From Amphiscolops sp. MND2022 (taxonomy: Eukaryota), in the NCBI GenBank assembly GCA_964187785.1, contig OZ076409.1, positions 43,898,001 through 43,962,000 on the forward strand: a stretch of DNA of 64,000 bases, given 5' to 3'. A model generated the notes under the pieces. That model was not told the DNA's origin, ran no database searches, and worked only from the letters and a program-made list of their open reading frames with translations. The translations under genes were made by a program, and so were the position numbers. This document shows, piece after piece, positions 42,401 through 57,600 of the stretch; the stretch's first letter is position 1, and the number at the start of each line of letters is the position of its first letter.

Positions 42401-42633
42401 AAACAAAAAGAACAAAAATAAACAAAATTGAGAAACTATACTGAACAATGAAACAGAAGGTCTTGAATTTTTAGAATCTTTTGGCACCGGGCAATATTCT
42501 GGCGGTTAGCAAGCGTCTTGCTCATAAACATCAGAAGGGGCCAAAAAACTTCTAGCAACATTGTTTCATTACATTTCATGAATGCAGCAAATTATCACAT
42601 TATGTGAATTTTCTTAAATTTCAAATTTTCCAG

Positions 42634-45600
42634 GTTTGCTTTGTGGGTACTATTCGGATGACGAGAGTTGCCGATTGGAAGAGCCTGTGAATAACCACAA
42701 TTTGGAATACGCTCAAGAGCTTCCCCAAAGTTACCCCTTCACTTTTGAACTCAACTCCCGTTCGGCTTACACCAGCGACCTTTATAATGTCACCGAGCAA
42801 AGTTAGCTACATCTCGAATCGACAAAAAGAGCCAATTCAACGTCTAGTTTTCAGTTTAGAAATCAAACAAGATCAAAATACTGCCAAGTTTCATTCGAAC
42901 TTGGACTGTCGTTTTCATATAATTTTTGATCATTTAAATGTCTTGAACGGACGCCTGAGGTAAAACTCTAGCTCTTGGTGATTAAGTTGGAGTTAACTTT
43001 AGTAGCTTCAAAGTTCGTGGAAGAAACCATAGTGGATTTATAGCATTTAAAATATTCCCAAAGCGCATTTAGAGAACGTTCCTGATTTTGTAACCAGATA
43101 TTGGTTCCTTCTATTGAGAATCTAACACGATTGCCATATTAGGCAACAACTTGCGTTGAAACTACGGAAAAACGGAATATTTTACCATAGTTAAAGAAGA
43201 AAATGAACACAACTAAATTTAAATATCCGGGTATCAATTGTTGACCATTAATGACCAATAATTGACACCTTGAATGTTTTTCCACAAACAGGGAACTCTT
43301 TATTGCTTATTCATTTCGTCAGCATTCGGATTCATTTTGAATATCATAACAAAAAATTGTTCCTTGTGTTCTATATTCTTGGTTGAATAAGAAAACAAAT
43401 AAGTTTATTTAAAAGTATCTTTTCAGAACATAAATACTGTCAGTGAAACGATCTATTCTCTAGCTACGAAAAGTATCTAACTGATGCAATTTCGATATAA
43501 GGCAAAGTAACATATGTTGTTTACCAATATGTAAGCATATGTATAAATAAATGTCTATGATGAGAATGATCTAAAGTTTTGTGATTGACAGTGTCAACCG
43601 AAAGGATCGGTTCGGTATGTGTACCGTATAACATTTCCTCCCTTCTAAGTTCCTTTCGGTTACTGTTTCGAGGTTCCCGGTGTTGGGGTGTTTTCTCGAA
43701 TGAAGTCGGCTGGCTTCGTCAGTGGTTTCGGCGGCTCCTTTCGACTGTTCCATCTCTCGGTGATACCTGTAACAATTTTAATTCTTCAACATCATATCCA
43801 AAAGTTTTTTGTGTATGTAACCCCCCCGTAACTGTTCGGGTGTCTACTTTCACGGTTGGACCGTCTTATTTTTTCATTTTCGGTAATTTTATTATTTATT
43901 TGGTTCTCACCCGGATTTATCTCACCGTCCGTATGAAGATTCAATTCATCTTCTGGTGATGTTGTTACGGGTTTGTATTTTCCGTTCCTCTCTGAGGTGT
44001 CGTGGTTTTCGAAATCGCTTTCTTCCTCCTCGATTTCACCCTCCTCACTCTCAGAGTCGGATTCGGCCCGTTGATTTTGTACAATTTTCAGCTTTCCGTT
44101 TAATACAACCCTGAGGATTTCGTTCCACTGGGTGTATTTTCCATCGACCCCCCTCAGGCAATGTCGGTTTTTTGGGTTGATGTTGTCTCCGATCTTCGGT
44201 GTTGCCTTCTTGTCTTTCTGAAATATAATCAGTTCCGAAATAAATTTTCGGTGGATTATTTTTCCGGTATCAGTGGTTACGGTGTGTTCCGTACCACTTA
44301 TTGCCGTGTGTAATTTTCATTGAAATCTACCTTCAAGTGATTTCTTATTATGTTTTTTTTTCGAAGAATTGAAAAGGGTATTTACCAACCGGATTTTTCT
44401 TCTTTGGTGTTTTTTCGGTCATAGCTTTTTCTTCCGTTTTTGTTCGGGCCATGATCAGGTGGTTTGATACCTCTCCCTCACCATTTCTGGTTACGTAGAT
44501 CGGTATTTTCGGTCGATTGTTAGCTGAAACAGTTAGTTCCGACCATTTAGAAAGGAAAGTTTTTCCGTCTTTTATTATATTTGTTAGTTCGGTTCGTGGT
44601 TTCCGGCCGTGATGTAATTCAAACGGTGTTACTTTTAATCCCGTATGTATTGTAAATCGCATTACGTTTAATGCTTTATTTACACATTCGGTTAGGCATG
44701 TTTTATCCTCTAGGTTCACGATTATGAGGTTTTTCAATGTTTGTATCGCTCGTTCTACTGCTCCCGTGCCGGTATGCATTCTCGGTGTGCTATATTCGAT
44801 TTCGATGTTTATCGATTTACAAAATTTTTTGTATTCTTTTGAAACGAACGCTCCACCTTTGTCCGTTTTTATTTTCTCTGGTAGTCCGTACAGATTAAAA
44901 TTTTGTTTCAGAAAGTTTATTACCTCTTTAGTTTCCGAGGATTTGCAAATTTTTGCCGTTGGCCATTTGCTGAATCTATCTATTGCAATTAGGATTTGAT
45001 GGTCGCCGTTCAAATTTTTATTGTTCAGTTTTCCCGAAAAATCAATTTGGATTTCTTGTCCGGTTCGGTTAGTGTTTTTAGTTTCCCAAAATTTTGTTTC
45101 GGTAGTTGGTATTTCAAGTTCTTACCCGATGACATGCAGGCCACACAGTTTTTTGTTTTATCTTCTATTTCCTTTTGCATGTTTGGCCACCAGAAGATTT
45201 TGGCCTCGGCTGACATTTTGGTAGTTCCGGCACGTCCGAAATGCAGCGTGTCTAGCAGTTTCTTTCTCAATTCAGCGGGTACAACAATTCGGTCGTCGTT
45301 GAATGTCAGTCCCCATTTATTGTTTAGTTTCTCAAAGTTTGCTCGGTAGTGTTCTGGAGCCGTATTCTTTTCGCCTCGCCTCATTGCGTCCCGTACTCGG
45401 TTGAGTTCGGCGTCCGTTGATGATTTTGCGATCAGCGTCTTCAGATCGAGCATGAAGTTGAATTCAGCTTTTTTAATTGTTTCTTCGGTGTTCTTTTGAT
45501 TTCCGGTTGTTTTTTCGATGATTTGGTTGATTTGAATGAATTGGGCCTCTTTCCCCTCGGTATTGTATGCTTTTAGGTCTACGATGGGGAAGTTGTCGCC

Positions 45601-48600
45601 CCGGATTACTTGGTTTTTCGCCCTCACTTTCTTGTTCCGTTTCTTCGGCCATCTCCGGTTGTGGTGTCTCTTGGATTTCTTCCATTCTTTCCTCTAATGG
45701 TTGGTAACCCCCACCGAATCTGTTTGCTCTTGTCAGCAATTCGCCGTCTATCTCAGCTATTTCTTGGCGACTTCTTTTGTTCGGTCTCGAGGGGACCCAG
45801 ATCTGCCGTTGCGCGTTCATGTCGAATTTCCGGCGCATTGTTCCCGGTCGGGAAATTTCCAATCGTCTTTCTACGAGTCTGAGGGTTTCTGGGCTCTTTC
45901 TGCGTCTTCGGATTATCTCCATGATTTCGGCCGTCGCGCCCCAATGGAAGTAATCTCTGTCCATTTCGTTCTTAAATAAAGGTAAATTGTTTAACAAGTT
46001 TGAATTTTGATTTGAATTGGAATTTAGATATCGGATTGAACTTTCCGTTTGAGCTTTTCGTTGGCGTTTATTTGGTGCACTGTTCGTTTGTTTGTTCATT
46101 TTGTTCACGTCTCAGTTATTCTCGAATTTTCTATTTTGATGTGATTGGTTGTTAGAATGCTCTTCGGTTGTTTTATTTCTTTCCGGTGCGGCTTGTGATT
46201 GGTCGGCGAACAGCTTTCCGTATTTTACGTTTAATTCGTCGTGCTCGGAAAGAATATTGATTACGTATTGCTCGTCGTATACGTCTTCGTTTGATGCGCT
46301 TTCTACCGGATTTCTACTTAGAAAGTCGGTAAATTTCAGATTACTTCCTGCAATGTGTTGAATGGCAATATCAAAGTGCGCAAGCCGTTCTAACCATCTT
46401 GTTAGTCTTGCGCTGTATTGTCTATTGCATCGGTTTTTTAAATAAAAGGTTCAAGTGCTTGGTGGTCTGTGTATGAAAAGACTTTCTTTCCGTATAAATA
46501 AAATCGGAACTTTTCTAGTCCCCAAACAACTGCGAGTAATTCTAATTCTCCGATTGAGTAGTTTTTTTCGCTATCGTTAAGGTATCTGCTACCGAATGCT
46601 ATCGGTTTTATTTCTCCGTCTGATTGTTTTTGCCATAAGGTTATGCCAAGTCCGGTTTTACTTGCATCGGTTGTAACTATATTTTCTCGGTCTTTTGCAT
46701 AATGTGCCAGGCAAGGTTCTTCGGTTAACATTTCTTTTATGCTGTTGAAATCTTCATCTTGTTGTTTTCCCCAGTTCCATACCGAATCCTTTTTTAGGAG
46801 TTTTCGGAGCCTGTCAGTTTTTTCCGATAGTCTCGGTAAGAACTTTGCAAGGTATTGCATTGCGCCGAGGAATGATTTTAGTTGCTTTTGATTTTCCGGG
46901 TGTTTCAATTCTAAAATTGCTTTTACTTTTTCTTTGTTCGGTTTTATTCCCGTTTCATCAATTTCGTGTCCCAGCCATTTTGTGCTTTTTAGAAAGAATT
47001 CGGATTTCCGTTCGCTTGCTCGGTAACCCGCATCTTCCAATTTCTTAAATACATCGAATAATTTCTTCTCGTGTTCTTTCCGATAGCTTCGGGTCACCAC
47101 TATTATGTCATCTAGCCATGCCGGTGTGCAGTATTCTAAAGTTCGATCAATTTTCTCTTGGAAGATTGTCGGTATATCTGCGAGACCGTAAAATCCCTTC
47201 TTGAATCGGTAGTATCCGCTAAACTTCCCTCCGGTTATTGCGAATACACATTGGCGGGTTGTTTCTTTTGATAATTTCATTTGGCCGTATGCGTAATCAA
47301 GATCGATTTTTGACATCATCAATTCTTTTGTTCGGTCTCTAGTGATCTCTACCGAAATTTGATTTAGCAGTTCTTCCATGTTCGGCATGTGTGGTCAAAT
47401 CTTTATACAGCTGTCATTTAATTTTCTCGAGTCCAGTGCAATTTTTACTGATTTGTCGTTCTTTACCGTAATTACTACCGGTGAAACAAAACAATCTTCG
47501 TCCACGTGTTTTACTTTCTCCAGATGTCCGGTTTTTATTAATCTTTCCAATTCTTTCCCGACATCTTCTTGTAGGTGTAGTGGGATTGGTCTCGCTTTCT
47601 GTTTCACCGGATAGTGTCCCGGTTTTAGTTGAATATTTATCTCGGTATCTTTTATTGTAGTGTTGTTTTTGAATAAATCTGGAACTTTCTCGATTACTCT
47701 TTTCCTTTCTGGTTGATTGTTTTCTTCTGTTCGGATATTACCGATTGTTAATTTGAACTTTTTCATCCAGTCCATTCCGAGTAGTGGTGTAATGTCGGTT
47801 CGTTCCGTTATCAGTATTTGCATTTTTTGTTTGTTGTTTTCGTATTCGACATCCGCCGGTATTTTCCCCCCGAAATTTTACTTCATTTCTGTTCACATCT
47901 TGATACCGGTGTTTGACTTTCTGCATTTCGGTTTGTTTCATTATGTTTTCGTCTGCGGGCATTATTGAAATCGGTGATCCGGTATCCACTATAAATTCTT
48001 TTTCAATTCCGTTCACTTTCACTGTTGTTGTAAGATATTTATTTCTGTCGGTAATTCTGTTAATTCTTTCAATTCTGTTTATGCTCGTTTCTGATTCGTC
48101 GGATTCTCCTCCAGTTACCTCGGACTCGTCTTCGGTCACATTACGTACCTTGCGTTTGTAGTTCTCTCTTTGTTTGCATACGCGTGCGAAATGTCCTTTC
48201 TTTCCGCAGTTATTGCAGAGTTTTCCTAATGCCGGACATTTGTGAGTTGGATTCCAGTTCGGTGCGTTGCAAAATCTGCAAGGTTTTTCGTTTATAAATT
48301 TGTTTTTCGGTCTTGTGTCCGATCTTTCCATTCTTTGTATTGGTTCTTCTTTTATTTCTTTTTCTCGGTTTGATATCAAAGCTTCCGGTATGGTGTTTTT
48401 CCGATTCTTTCTTTCGTACGTGTTTTGTTTGATCATTTCGATTGTTTTCTTCAGTTCAAGTTTCTTCTCTTTCATTAATTTGTCTCGGAGTTTCGTGTCC
48501 GTAATTGCGGTCATAAATTTTGAAATGAGTAAATCTTCGGCTGTTATTCCTTCGAATGCACATTCTTTCTCTATCTCTATTAATCTCCGCCAGAAATCCT

Positions 48601-51600
48601 CCGGTGTTTCGGATTCAGTCTGTTTTGTCCAGAAGAATTCTCCGCGGTTATGGTATGTGTTTCGTTTTGGTAAAAAATATTCGTTAAACAGTCGGATTAG
48701 ATCTTTTACCGCTATTCTGTCTGGTTCGGTTTTGTACTCCGCTCGTGTCATTTGGTATAGAGCTTCGGGGCCGATTCCCCATATGAAGTCTTCTTGGATT
48801 TCGGCTTCGTTTCCGGTCCAACCGGTTTGTGTCATCTCGGCTCCCTGTATCAATTCGGTGATGTCCATTTTGTGTTTCCTTTTCGCATATTGCCGAAATC
48901 TTTCGAGCCATTGTTTCGGTGTGAATATCTTCTTTCCGTCTGATGTGGCTTCGAAATTTGGTACTTCAATTTTACTTTCTTCTGTCATTTTCTTTGTTTT
49001 GTTGAAATATTCTTGGTAATTTCAATTTGCTGACTGCGTGATTAAGTTGGAGTTAACTTTAATAGCTTCAAAGTTCGTGGAAGAAACCATAGTGGATTTA
49101 TAGTATTTAAAATATTCCCAAAGCGCATTTAGAGAACGTTCCTGATTTTGTAACCAGATATTGGTTCCTTCTATTGAGAATCAAACACGATTGCCATATT
49201 AGGCAACAACTTGCGTTGAAACTACGGAAAAACGGAATATTTTACCATAGTTAAAGAAGAAAATGAACACAACTAAATTTAAATATCCGGGTATCAATTG
49301 TTGACCATTAATGACCAATAATTGACACCTTGAATGTTTTTCCACAAACAGGGAACTCTTTATTGCTTGTTCATTTCGTCAGCATTCGGATTTATTTTGA
49401 ATATCATAACAAAAAATTGTTCCTTGTGTTCTATATTCTTGGTTGAATAAGAAAACAAATAAGTTTATTTAAAAGTATCTTTTCAGAACATAAATATTGT
49501 CAGTGAAACGATCTATTCTCTAGCTACGAAAAGTATCTAACTGATGCAATTTCGATATAAGGCAAAGTAACATATGTTGTTTACCAATATGTAAGCATAT
49601 GTATAAATAAATGTCTATGATGAGAATGATCTAAAGTTTTGTGATTGACAGTGTCAACCGAAAGGATCGGTTCGGTATGTGTACCGTATAACACCTTGGA
49701 TCTTTTTGGCTAAATCTTGAATCGTTTTTTATTTTTTTTTTAAAGTCTAGCAAGATCTTGGCAAGAAGTTCAGCATGTCTGTACTTAGTATTTGCTCATT
49801 TTTCTAGTCTGTGGTGTCGTGGAAATGGGAGTAAGCAGTTTGTTGAGCGAGGGTCTAGATAGCTCTTCAGAGGAGATAATTCAGTCGTTCAGTGACAAGT
49901 TCCAAGTTCCATATCTAACTGCCAGTGTTGCTGCAATGAAACCAGGGATGTTGGAATCATCAACATACTACACCGTTTCCGCGTTGAGTGAAGCATATCA
50001 GATTTTATGTGAATCGTCTCGGCTTTCGTTCCAAATTTTCAGCCAATCACCGGCCACCTATCTAAAAGTGCTGTACACGGCTTCGGGCAATAAGTTCGAT
50101 TTACTAAGTTCGAATTTGAATTGGTGCAATAAGTTCGAATGGAAAAGTTTCGAGACACCAAGTTCGAATTTTCATATCGGGCATATCCGGTGTAAACTGG
50201 ACATCCTTCACACAAGATCCTGAGAGCCCGACCGCCTAGGATATAAAGGAATCTAAAAACTGAAATGTGGGGCATATCCGGTGTATGCACGCTCGCCCTC
50301 ACCGTCGCAAAGACCAGCTCCCACTACGATCGCTTCGGGATCTCCGTCCCCGCTAGGTCTTTGCTCCTGTTCGACCTCGCTTAGCAAGATGGGAACATAA
50401 GCGGCCTCAAGGGGCCGCGGGGCACTAGATGAAATGGGGAAATATCAGGGGCACGTTTTATACTTAGTTCAAAATTCGAACACAGTGATTCGAACATGTT
50501 CCGGTTTTTGGAAAATTCGAACTTAGTCCATTCGAAATTAAAATTCGAACATATGCGTTCGAACTTATTACCGTGCCTCCTTTACACTAGGGAAATCTAC
50601 TCGTTTCGAAGTTTCTAAGTTCGAATTTGAACTGGTGCAATAAGTTCGAATGGAATAGATTCGAGACACCAAGTTCGAATTTTCATATCGGGCATATCCG
50701 GTGTAAACTGGACATCCTTCACACAAGATCCTGAGAGCCCGACCGCTTAGGATATAAAGGAATCTAAAAACTGAAATGTGGGGCATATCCGGTGTATGCA
50801 CGCTCGCCCTCACCGTCGCAAAGACCAGCTCCCACTACGATCGCTTCGCGATCTCCGTCCCCGCTAGGTCTTTGCTCCTGTTCGACCTCGCTTAGCAAGA
50901 TGGGAACATGGGGCACTAGATGAAATGGGGAAAGATCAGAGGCACGTTTTATATTTAGTTCAAAATTCGAACACAGTGATTCGAACTTGTTCCGGTTTTT
51001 GGAAAATTCGAACTTAGTCCATTCGAAATTAAAATTCGAACTTATGCGTTCGAATTTATTACCGTGCCCCCTTTACACTAGGGAAAACCTACTCGTTTCT
51101 CTTGCCTATTGACGTCATGTTGCCACTTGAATCTGATTGGACATTTTGTTCAATCAAAGTCGTTTCCGAATAATGATAAAGAAGGCGTGAAAAAACGTCT
51201 TTAAAATTTAGGCTTTCCAAGCGGCGTTTTTTAATTCCTGTCGTTTTGAATATTGAACAATAAAATTGAAACAAAACAGTTGAATTTAAGCGTAAACTGC
51301 AATCTAAGTTAAATGTCCGAAAGTTGAAAAGTTTCTAATCATATCGGTTTCTACCATCCCTGATTTCGAGATTACCCATACGGCAAATGGACTCTAAACA
51401 TGATACCTCAACTCTCGAAACCCACAGTAGCTGCTTTGAATAAGAGGCGTTTGAACAAAATCACATACATCACGGATTCGGATGATGGTTAGTTTAGAAC
51501 ATCGACCAAAACAAGCCAGGAACGGCCCAAGTCCATGCCCCGCTCAAGGTTTCAAATGAGCAAAGTGCTTGAAATATTCAACTAAAGTGAAACTTTTCAT

Positions 51601-54600
51601 CTATCATACAGAACCAAAACCTACCCGGAGGGGGACCTTTGAGCCTCAAAAACTTTGAACGGGAAGCATCTACACGAATTTTTGAAAAGGGCTCAATTAA
51701 TTTCTTTTTCCAAACCAAACACTTCAAGAAACTAAACACTTTAATGACATTGGAAACTTTTTAAAACTTCTTTAAAAATTTTCAAACAAGACGCGCGCTG
51801 ACCAGCAGGTTACTTTCCGCACCAAACTGTTCTCTCATGACATGATTTTGAGGCCCAAACGTAATCAATGCACTATGAAATGGCAAATAAGTTCAAATGC
51901 ATTAAAGTTTTGACACTTTTTGATTCATCTTATCCAATTTTTAGAGGAAACACTTGATTTATTAATACGAAAAGAACCGAAATGTTTTGTTGTCGAACTA
52001 AGTGAATACCCGTTTCTAGCCTACCAAATTTTGTTAATATTCCCAAAAAGTCATTAAAAAGATGAAAAAAAAAGAAAATTTCAAGTTTTTCACTCCAGGA
52101 CGCGCTCTTCAAACAGGAAACTGCAAGTCTTGTCAAAACGCTAACTGGATACCACAATCAGTCGATGGTGAAGATTTACATCATTCTAACACACCGAGAA
52201 GCTCCAAAAACTTACGTAAACATTGTACTCAGAAAACTGCAAGAAAACGTCGAATATTTTTGAGTTTTAAGGGTTCTTCTGTGTCTTTTTTAACCTGGAA
52301 AACTGTAAAAAAAAGTCCTTTCAAAGGCGTACAGATCCTATGTATGTTCTAACTTTGAAAAACATGGGGAAAACGTCCACAATTGGGAGCTTTTGTCGAT
52401 AAGAAAGAAACTTCAGAGCTTCTAACTGCTTTGTTCTCAAATTCGAGGAATTTTGTTACATTCTTTTCCCAAGTAGGTGTTGAATACACTATCAATTCAA
52501 CTTTCAGGTCAATGGAAAATCTACTCTACAAAACATTTCGTGAATCCAACAAAAAATCGCATTTAAATGTCAAAGAAACGTGCTTTATGTCATTTTTGGA
52601 ATTTGGAGTGTTTTGAAAACGATTATAACAATAACTTGTTTTTAAGCTTTCCGAAACAACCTCTGGATAGCAGGTTGTTTGTTGTTGAGTATTGAGACTA
52701 TTGTATCCCACAACTTTGCTCCAAAATGTTACAAAGGCGTGCACAAAAACGTCAAAAACTTTTTGAACAAATTGGGTAATTCAGAAGATATTTTTCGACT
52801 TGAACTTGTCTGAAATTGGAGAACTTCGACATTTTCGAGTAATTTGGGGTCATTTTGAGGCACTTTTGTACAAAAAACTGTATTTTTTACAGAGAGCCTA
52901 CTTGATATCACGTTTGTTTGTTGTTCAACTTCAAAAAAGGTTGGCCGTTTTAGTCAAAGTGTGGCACTGTTTTTCCTCGAAAGCTGATAAGTTTCCCATG
53001 AAAGGCATACTGCTTCGTTAGATGTTTCGTTTGAAGTCTAAATACCCATCTAATTTACAAATGTTTATCCAGACAAGTTGCAGACAAATCTATGAAAGTG
53101 TCAAATTTGATATTTTTGATTTTTTGTGGCGACTTAGGTTTTTCTGACAAAAGCCAGCGGTTATCTCTTCAAAAAGCTCAATCAAGTATAATATATTTAC
53201 TTTCACACGTTTTCAACATTATACGAGCAAAAAGTTTTCAGAAGTACTCAACTTACATAAACGATGAAAAACAACGAATTTGATTATTTTCTGTCGCGTT
53301 TGGAGTCATTCTGAAGTGTTTTTGGAGCAACGGGCTGCAACTTCCTCATTGAAAAGACATACTGTATTGTTACTTTTTTCGCCATTGATTTTTTGAACTC
53401 TCTGATTCTGCAAAAATTCCCCAAATTGTACACAAATTGAGTAAAAAACAACGAAAACTAAAAATATTTTAACTTTTTAATACTCTTGTGTCTATTGGAC
53501 AATTTTTTCCATCAAACAAGTGCTCTCTTGATTGAATGGGGTGGCGACTTGGGCCGTTCCTGATTTGTTCTTTATTCGCGTTTTAAAACGTACAAAACGA
53601 GCTCTCAAATGAAACTCTTTTACACATTTGAGCGAACGCTTAGATTTTTCTCCTCGTTTCGTATAGCAATCTTAGAGGCTATTCGATTCACAACAAAATC
53701 TGATTCAAACTTATGTCGCCGTACGTGTGTCACTTTTTTGTTTTGACAGGTATGTCATTGCTCAAGGAAATTTTGCGTGATGAAGATCTCGCTGCAGTTA
53801 CAATCGCTACACATCAAGTGTCAACGTACTATCGTCAAAGCCACGAGGATACACTCGTCCAGGGATGTAACATTTTTTTGAAAGAAAACTGATTAATTGA
53901 AGAAAAAGACCATTGTGTGTTATGAAAAAGATCAAACTGTTTGATACAAGTTCAAAAACCATTATGTTGCACTATTACATCANNNNNNNNNNNNNNNNNN
54001 NNNNNNNNNNNNNNNNNNNNNNNNNNNNNNNNNNNNNNNNNNNNNNNNNNNNNNNNNNNNNNNNNNNNNNNNNNNNNNNNNNNNNNNNNNNNNNNNNNNN
54101 NNNNNNNNNNNNNNNNNNNNNNNNNNNNNNNNNNNNNNNNNNNNNNNNNNNNNNNNNNNNNNNNNNNNNNNNNNNNNNNNNNATTCGAATATTTTTTGAA
54201 AATAGTGGAAACACGCGCACTTTCGAAAAACTTCAAGGGTATCCTGTACTCTCTAGAAACGTAATGGCTCAACGGGAAACATGAGTAAAGTGGAAATGGG
54301 ACCCTTCGGTGAAAAATTTGGGAAAATCGAAAAAAAGTTGCACAGTGCCGAAAAAACCCTAAAGGGGGCACTTTGGTCTCAAACAGTTTAGAGGATACGG
54401 TAAATACTATGAAAAACTCAAAAGGGCATCTTTTAGCTTAACTGGGCTCCTTGGGTACCCTTTAGAGTTTACACGTAAAGTTTGTAAAACGTGGATCTTT
54501 CAGTGTGAAGTCTGTTGCCTTACAAAAAAACTTACCTCTATAAAAGTCGGGCACTTGTTGTTACAAAATGCGCCGACTAAAAACGCGCTTTATAAACTGA

Positions 54601-57600
54601 GAACTTTGAAACCCAACGCCGTAAGCATCCGGTGAAAACCGGTTGTAAAATGTCGCATGCAGCCGAAAAAACAGTAAAGCGATTTTTTCCACAATTCATT
54701 AGAAAACTCTCATCAGTCCTACGGGACCAAAACTAACGAAACAGATCAACTTTGACTGAAAACGGTTTTGCTGACCAGAAAACCTCAAAAAACTAAAATT
54801 TTAAAATTTGTGTAAAAGTGTTTTCTGTAAGTCTCACAGTGCCGAACATCCCTAATTGTCATTAGAGGAAATTTTATTCTTGTGACTGACTAACTGCGCT
54901 TCAAAAAATAATTTAAATTAAGTAAAGTGATTTTACGAAATTCTAAAATGAATACATACTGATTATCTTAGAAATTTCTAGATCAAGTGAAGATTCAAAT
55001 AAATCGAGATCTTGTCGGCAATACCAGAATCGATCTTGGCACCGTTTTACCGGATTCTACCGAAAAATCATTATATTTCGAACCCTATGTATTGCCATTA
55101 CAACAGCAGGCCTATTTTTGAAATTATAGACACGAATACACTTCGTTTCGTTTTCAACAAGTCGAACTTTAGTTATGAAAATCTCGAGAAATTTGAGTCG
55201 TGTCATTTCAAAAATAATTATTTGATTCATTTGTTAAACTATTTTTTACTCTAAAGCTTTTCTGACCATCCCTGCTCCATAAAGATGAGAGAGCTTGGAG
55301 ATACCAATATCTGGATTTACGCGACTGTTGAAGGCACCCTGTCATTTCTGAAGGAAGCTCAAAGGTTGCAGATGCTTACCACGTCCTATGACTACACTAT
55401 TCTAAACCCAGCCACTGCGAGGTAAAAGGCTTTGACATTCGTCAACTTTTAATTCATATATGAACTTCTAGGTTTATTAAACAAAAAATGCTTTAATTGT
55501 AGCCCGCTGAAAACTTTCAGAGTCCAAAAACTGATAATGGAAAGTTTCAACAAGTTTTTTGAAATGGTACCGGTACAGAGAGAAGATACTTTGTACTAAA
55601 TTGGGTTTTATTCTAGATGCAAAATGTTCTTCCAAACGATTTTTGAATCTCGATCAAACTTAGGTTTTGTATGGCTGTTTTCTAATGCCTGTAAAGTTGT
55701 TTTGATACTGTATGTTCTGTATGTTCTGTATTGCTCTATTGAAAACACTACCACCCAAAATTTTGACAAATTTCGAAAACTCAAGTCCATAAAAGTGAGA
55801 TATCGGTTCCATAAACTGCTGATACCTTCGAGAAAAAACTGCAAAGGCTTCATAACAATATTGGCTTTTTGTGCAGTATTTGTATTCTAAAACTTTCGTT
55901 CTCGGGTTATTCGTTTCTAATTGTAAAAATTATATCAAAATTTTGACAGGTATTCTGGTGTTTTGCGAAATTTCGTCAGAGGAGGAGCGAGTTTCACATT
56001 GTTCAATCTTCAGCCAATCAGCAGTCAACAAAAGCCATCCAACGATACTTATGATGAAGTTAGTTGAGATGACAATTGGGCGGATTCGGCGTCTAGAGAA
56101 TATTGTCTAAAGAAGAAAATTTTATGTGACCACGATACAGAAAGTTTAAAATGAAACAACAATGAAATTTTCTACGAATGTTGTCAATCAGCACAAGCAA
56201 AAAAATGGAAAAAGCTCCCTACTTACTAGAACTTTTACTAAGACAACAAATACTATTTTATTTTAAGTTGGTACCATTTGTTATGATACATAATATTTTT
56301 GGATTTAAAAACTCAGATTAGTCGGTAAACATTTGCTGGATTGTTCAAACTGTTGTAAATGTAATCGAGTAGCTATAAAACAATGTAAAACCTTGACTGC
56401 AAAGCAATACGAAAACGTGTTCAAATGTTCAAAAGCACTCACTTGGCAACGTGGTTTGCAATGGGTGCATTAACCAATCACTTTGCGCTGTTTCTTGTTC
56501 TAATTGGAAGTACTACTCCAATAGGCCGGTTACGGCCGGTTGACTGAGCGGAGCTGATATTTCAAACAGTACAAGGCAAAGAGCCGGCTCCGGCCATATC
56601 AACCAAACCCCGGCTAATTAGCATTAGTACTTTAATATTGTTGCTTATGTTTTTATTAAATGTTGAAACACTCCTTTTGATATTGTGAAGTGGCTTATAA
56701 CTGATGAATAAGCCGTCTATTATGTGCTCATGTGTAGTGCTAAACTCCAGTCTTTGGACCGATTCCCGTCTGAAATTTATAACAAGTTGCTAGTCTTATT
56801 AGCCGGATCAGGCTGTTTTAGTGCGGTACATACATGAATTACATGAAACTTAAAATACTCAAATGGCTCAGTAGGCACGACTGCAGGCTCGTGTATAAGC
56901 GTGATGTCAACATTCGTGAAATACCAATTCGCTATTAAAGCTTTGATGTGTTGTTGATGCTCATAGTTAAGTGGCACTCTTTCCAGGAATGCGTCTCTAA
57001 TGCTTTGTTTATGTTGTTTCCAAATACGCTATTGACAACGATCAGGTGCCGTTCATGGAATTTTAACACTGAAAGTATGTCGAATCTGTTGCCCATTGAA
57101 ATGTAATAATTTTGAGTGTCATGCCGAAGGGGGTATACTTACTCTCAACCCGCTGATGCTGAAACAATTGATCTGAACTTTTATAGTGTTCAAACCACAT
57201 TCAATAAAAACTTTCCGATTAAAATTCAAAGGCTGTAAATCGGCTGATTCTGATGCCCACTACAAGGAAGCACAAAAGCAAGGCTAGGAAATCTAGAGAC
57301 GCAGACCTGCTGTCCGACTTGGAAAATACGGACATAATGCTAGGTAGCAATCACTCTGAAAGAGAGAATAGTGAATTTGGAAATTCGGCTAGACGGCCTG
57401 AAAGCCCTAGTTATGATGCATTAGTGGACCATAATACCAATTCTCACTCTAATTCTGTTGTGAGAGAAATCAGGAGGTTTGCCGGAAATGGACAACTATC
57501 GGGAGAGATTGATTCTAGCAGTGAGATAAATAGATCGTCAGGAGAATTGAACCATAGCATTACGCAAGAGATGAATGGCCTAATGAACAGAGTTAATGTG

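Larger units (their letters stand above)
42979..49693 (-). mobile_element. Ty3/Gypsy (Mag-like) LTR retrotransposon, full length with frameshifts, in an iGluR intron
   Basis: 655-bp LTRs 42979-43633 and 49039-49693 (TG...CA, six visible mismatches); imperfect TSD TCTTGG/CCTTGG; PPT AGAAGGGAGGAAA; PBS remnant CGCAGTCAGCA; gag-pol in fragments. Confidence 0.96.

Noticed and set aside
51364..51385. Second possible GG acceptor (TACGG|C) in the iGluR gene
   Set aside because: A canonical phase-compatible AG at 51369-51370 exists, so GG is not required.
53913..54371. ORFs in the provided track spanning the N run
   Set aside because: Artefacts of the assembly gap.
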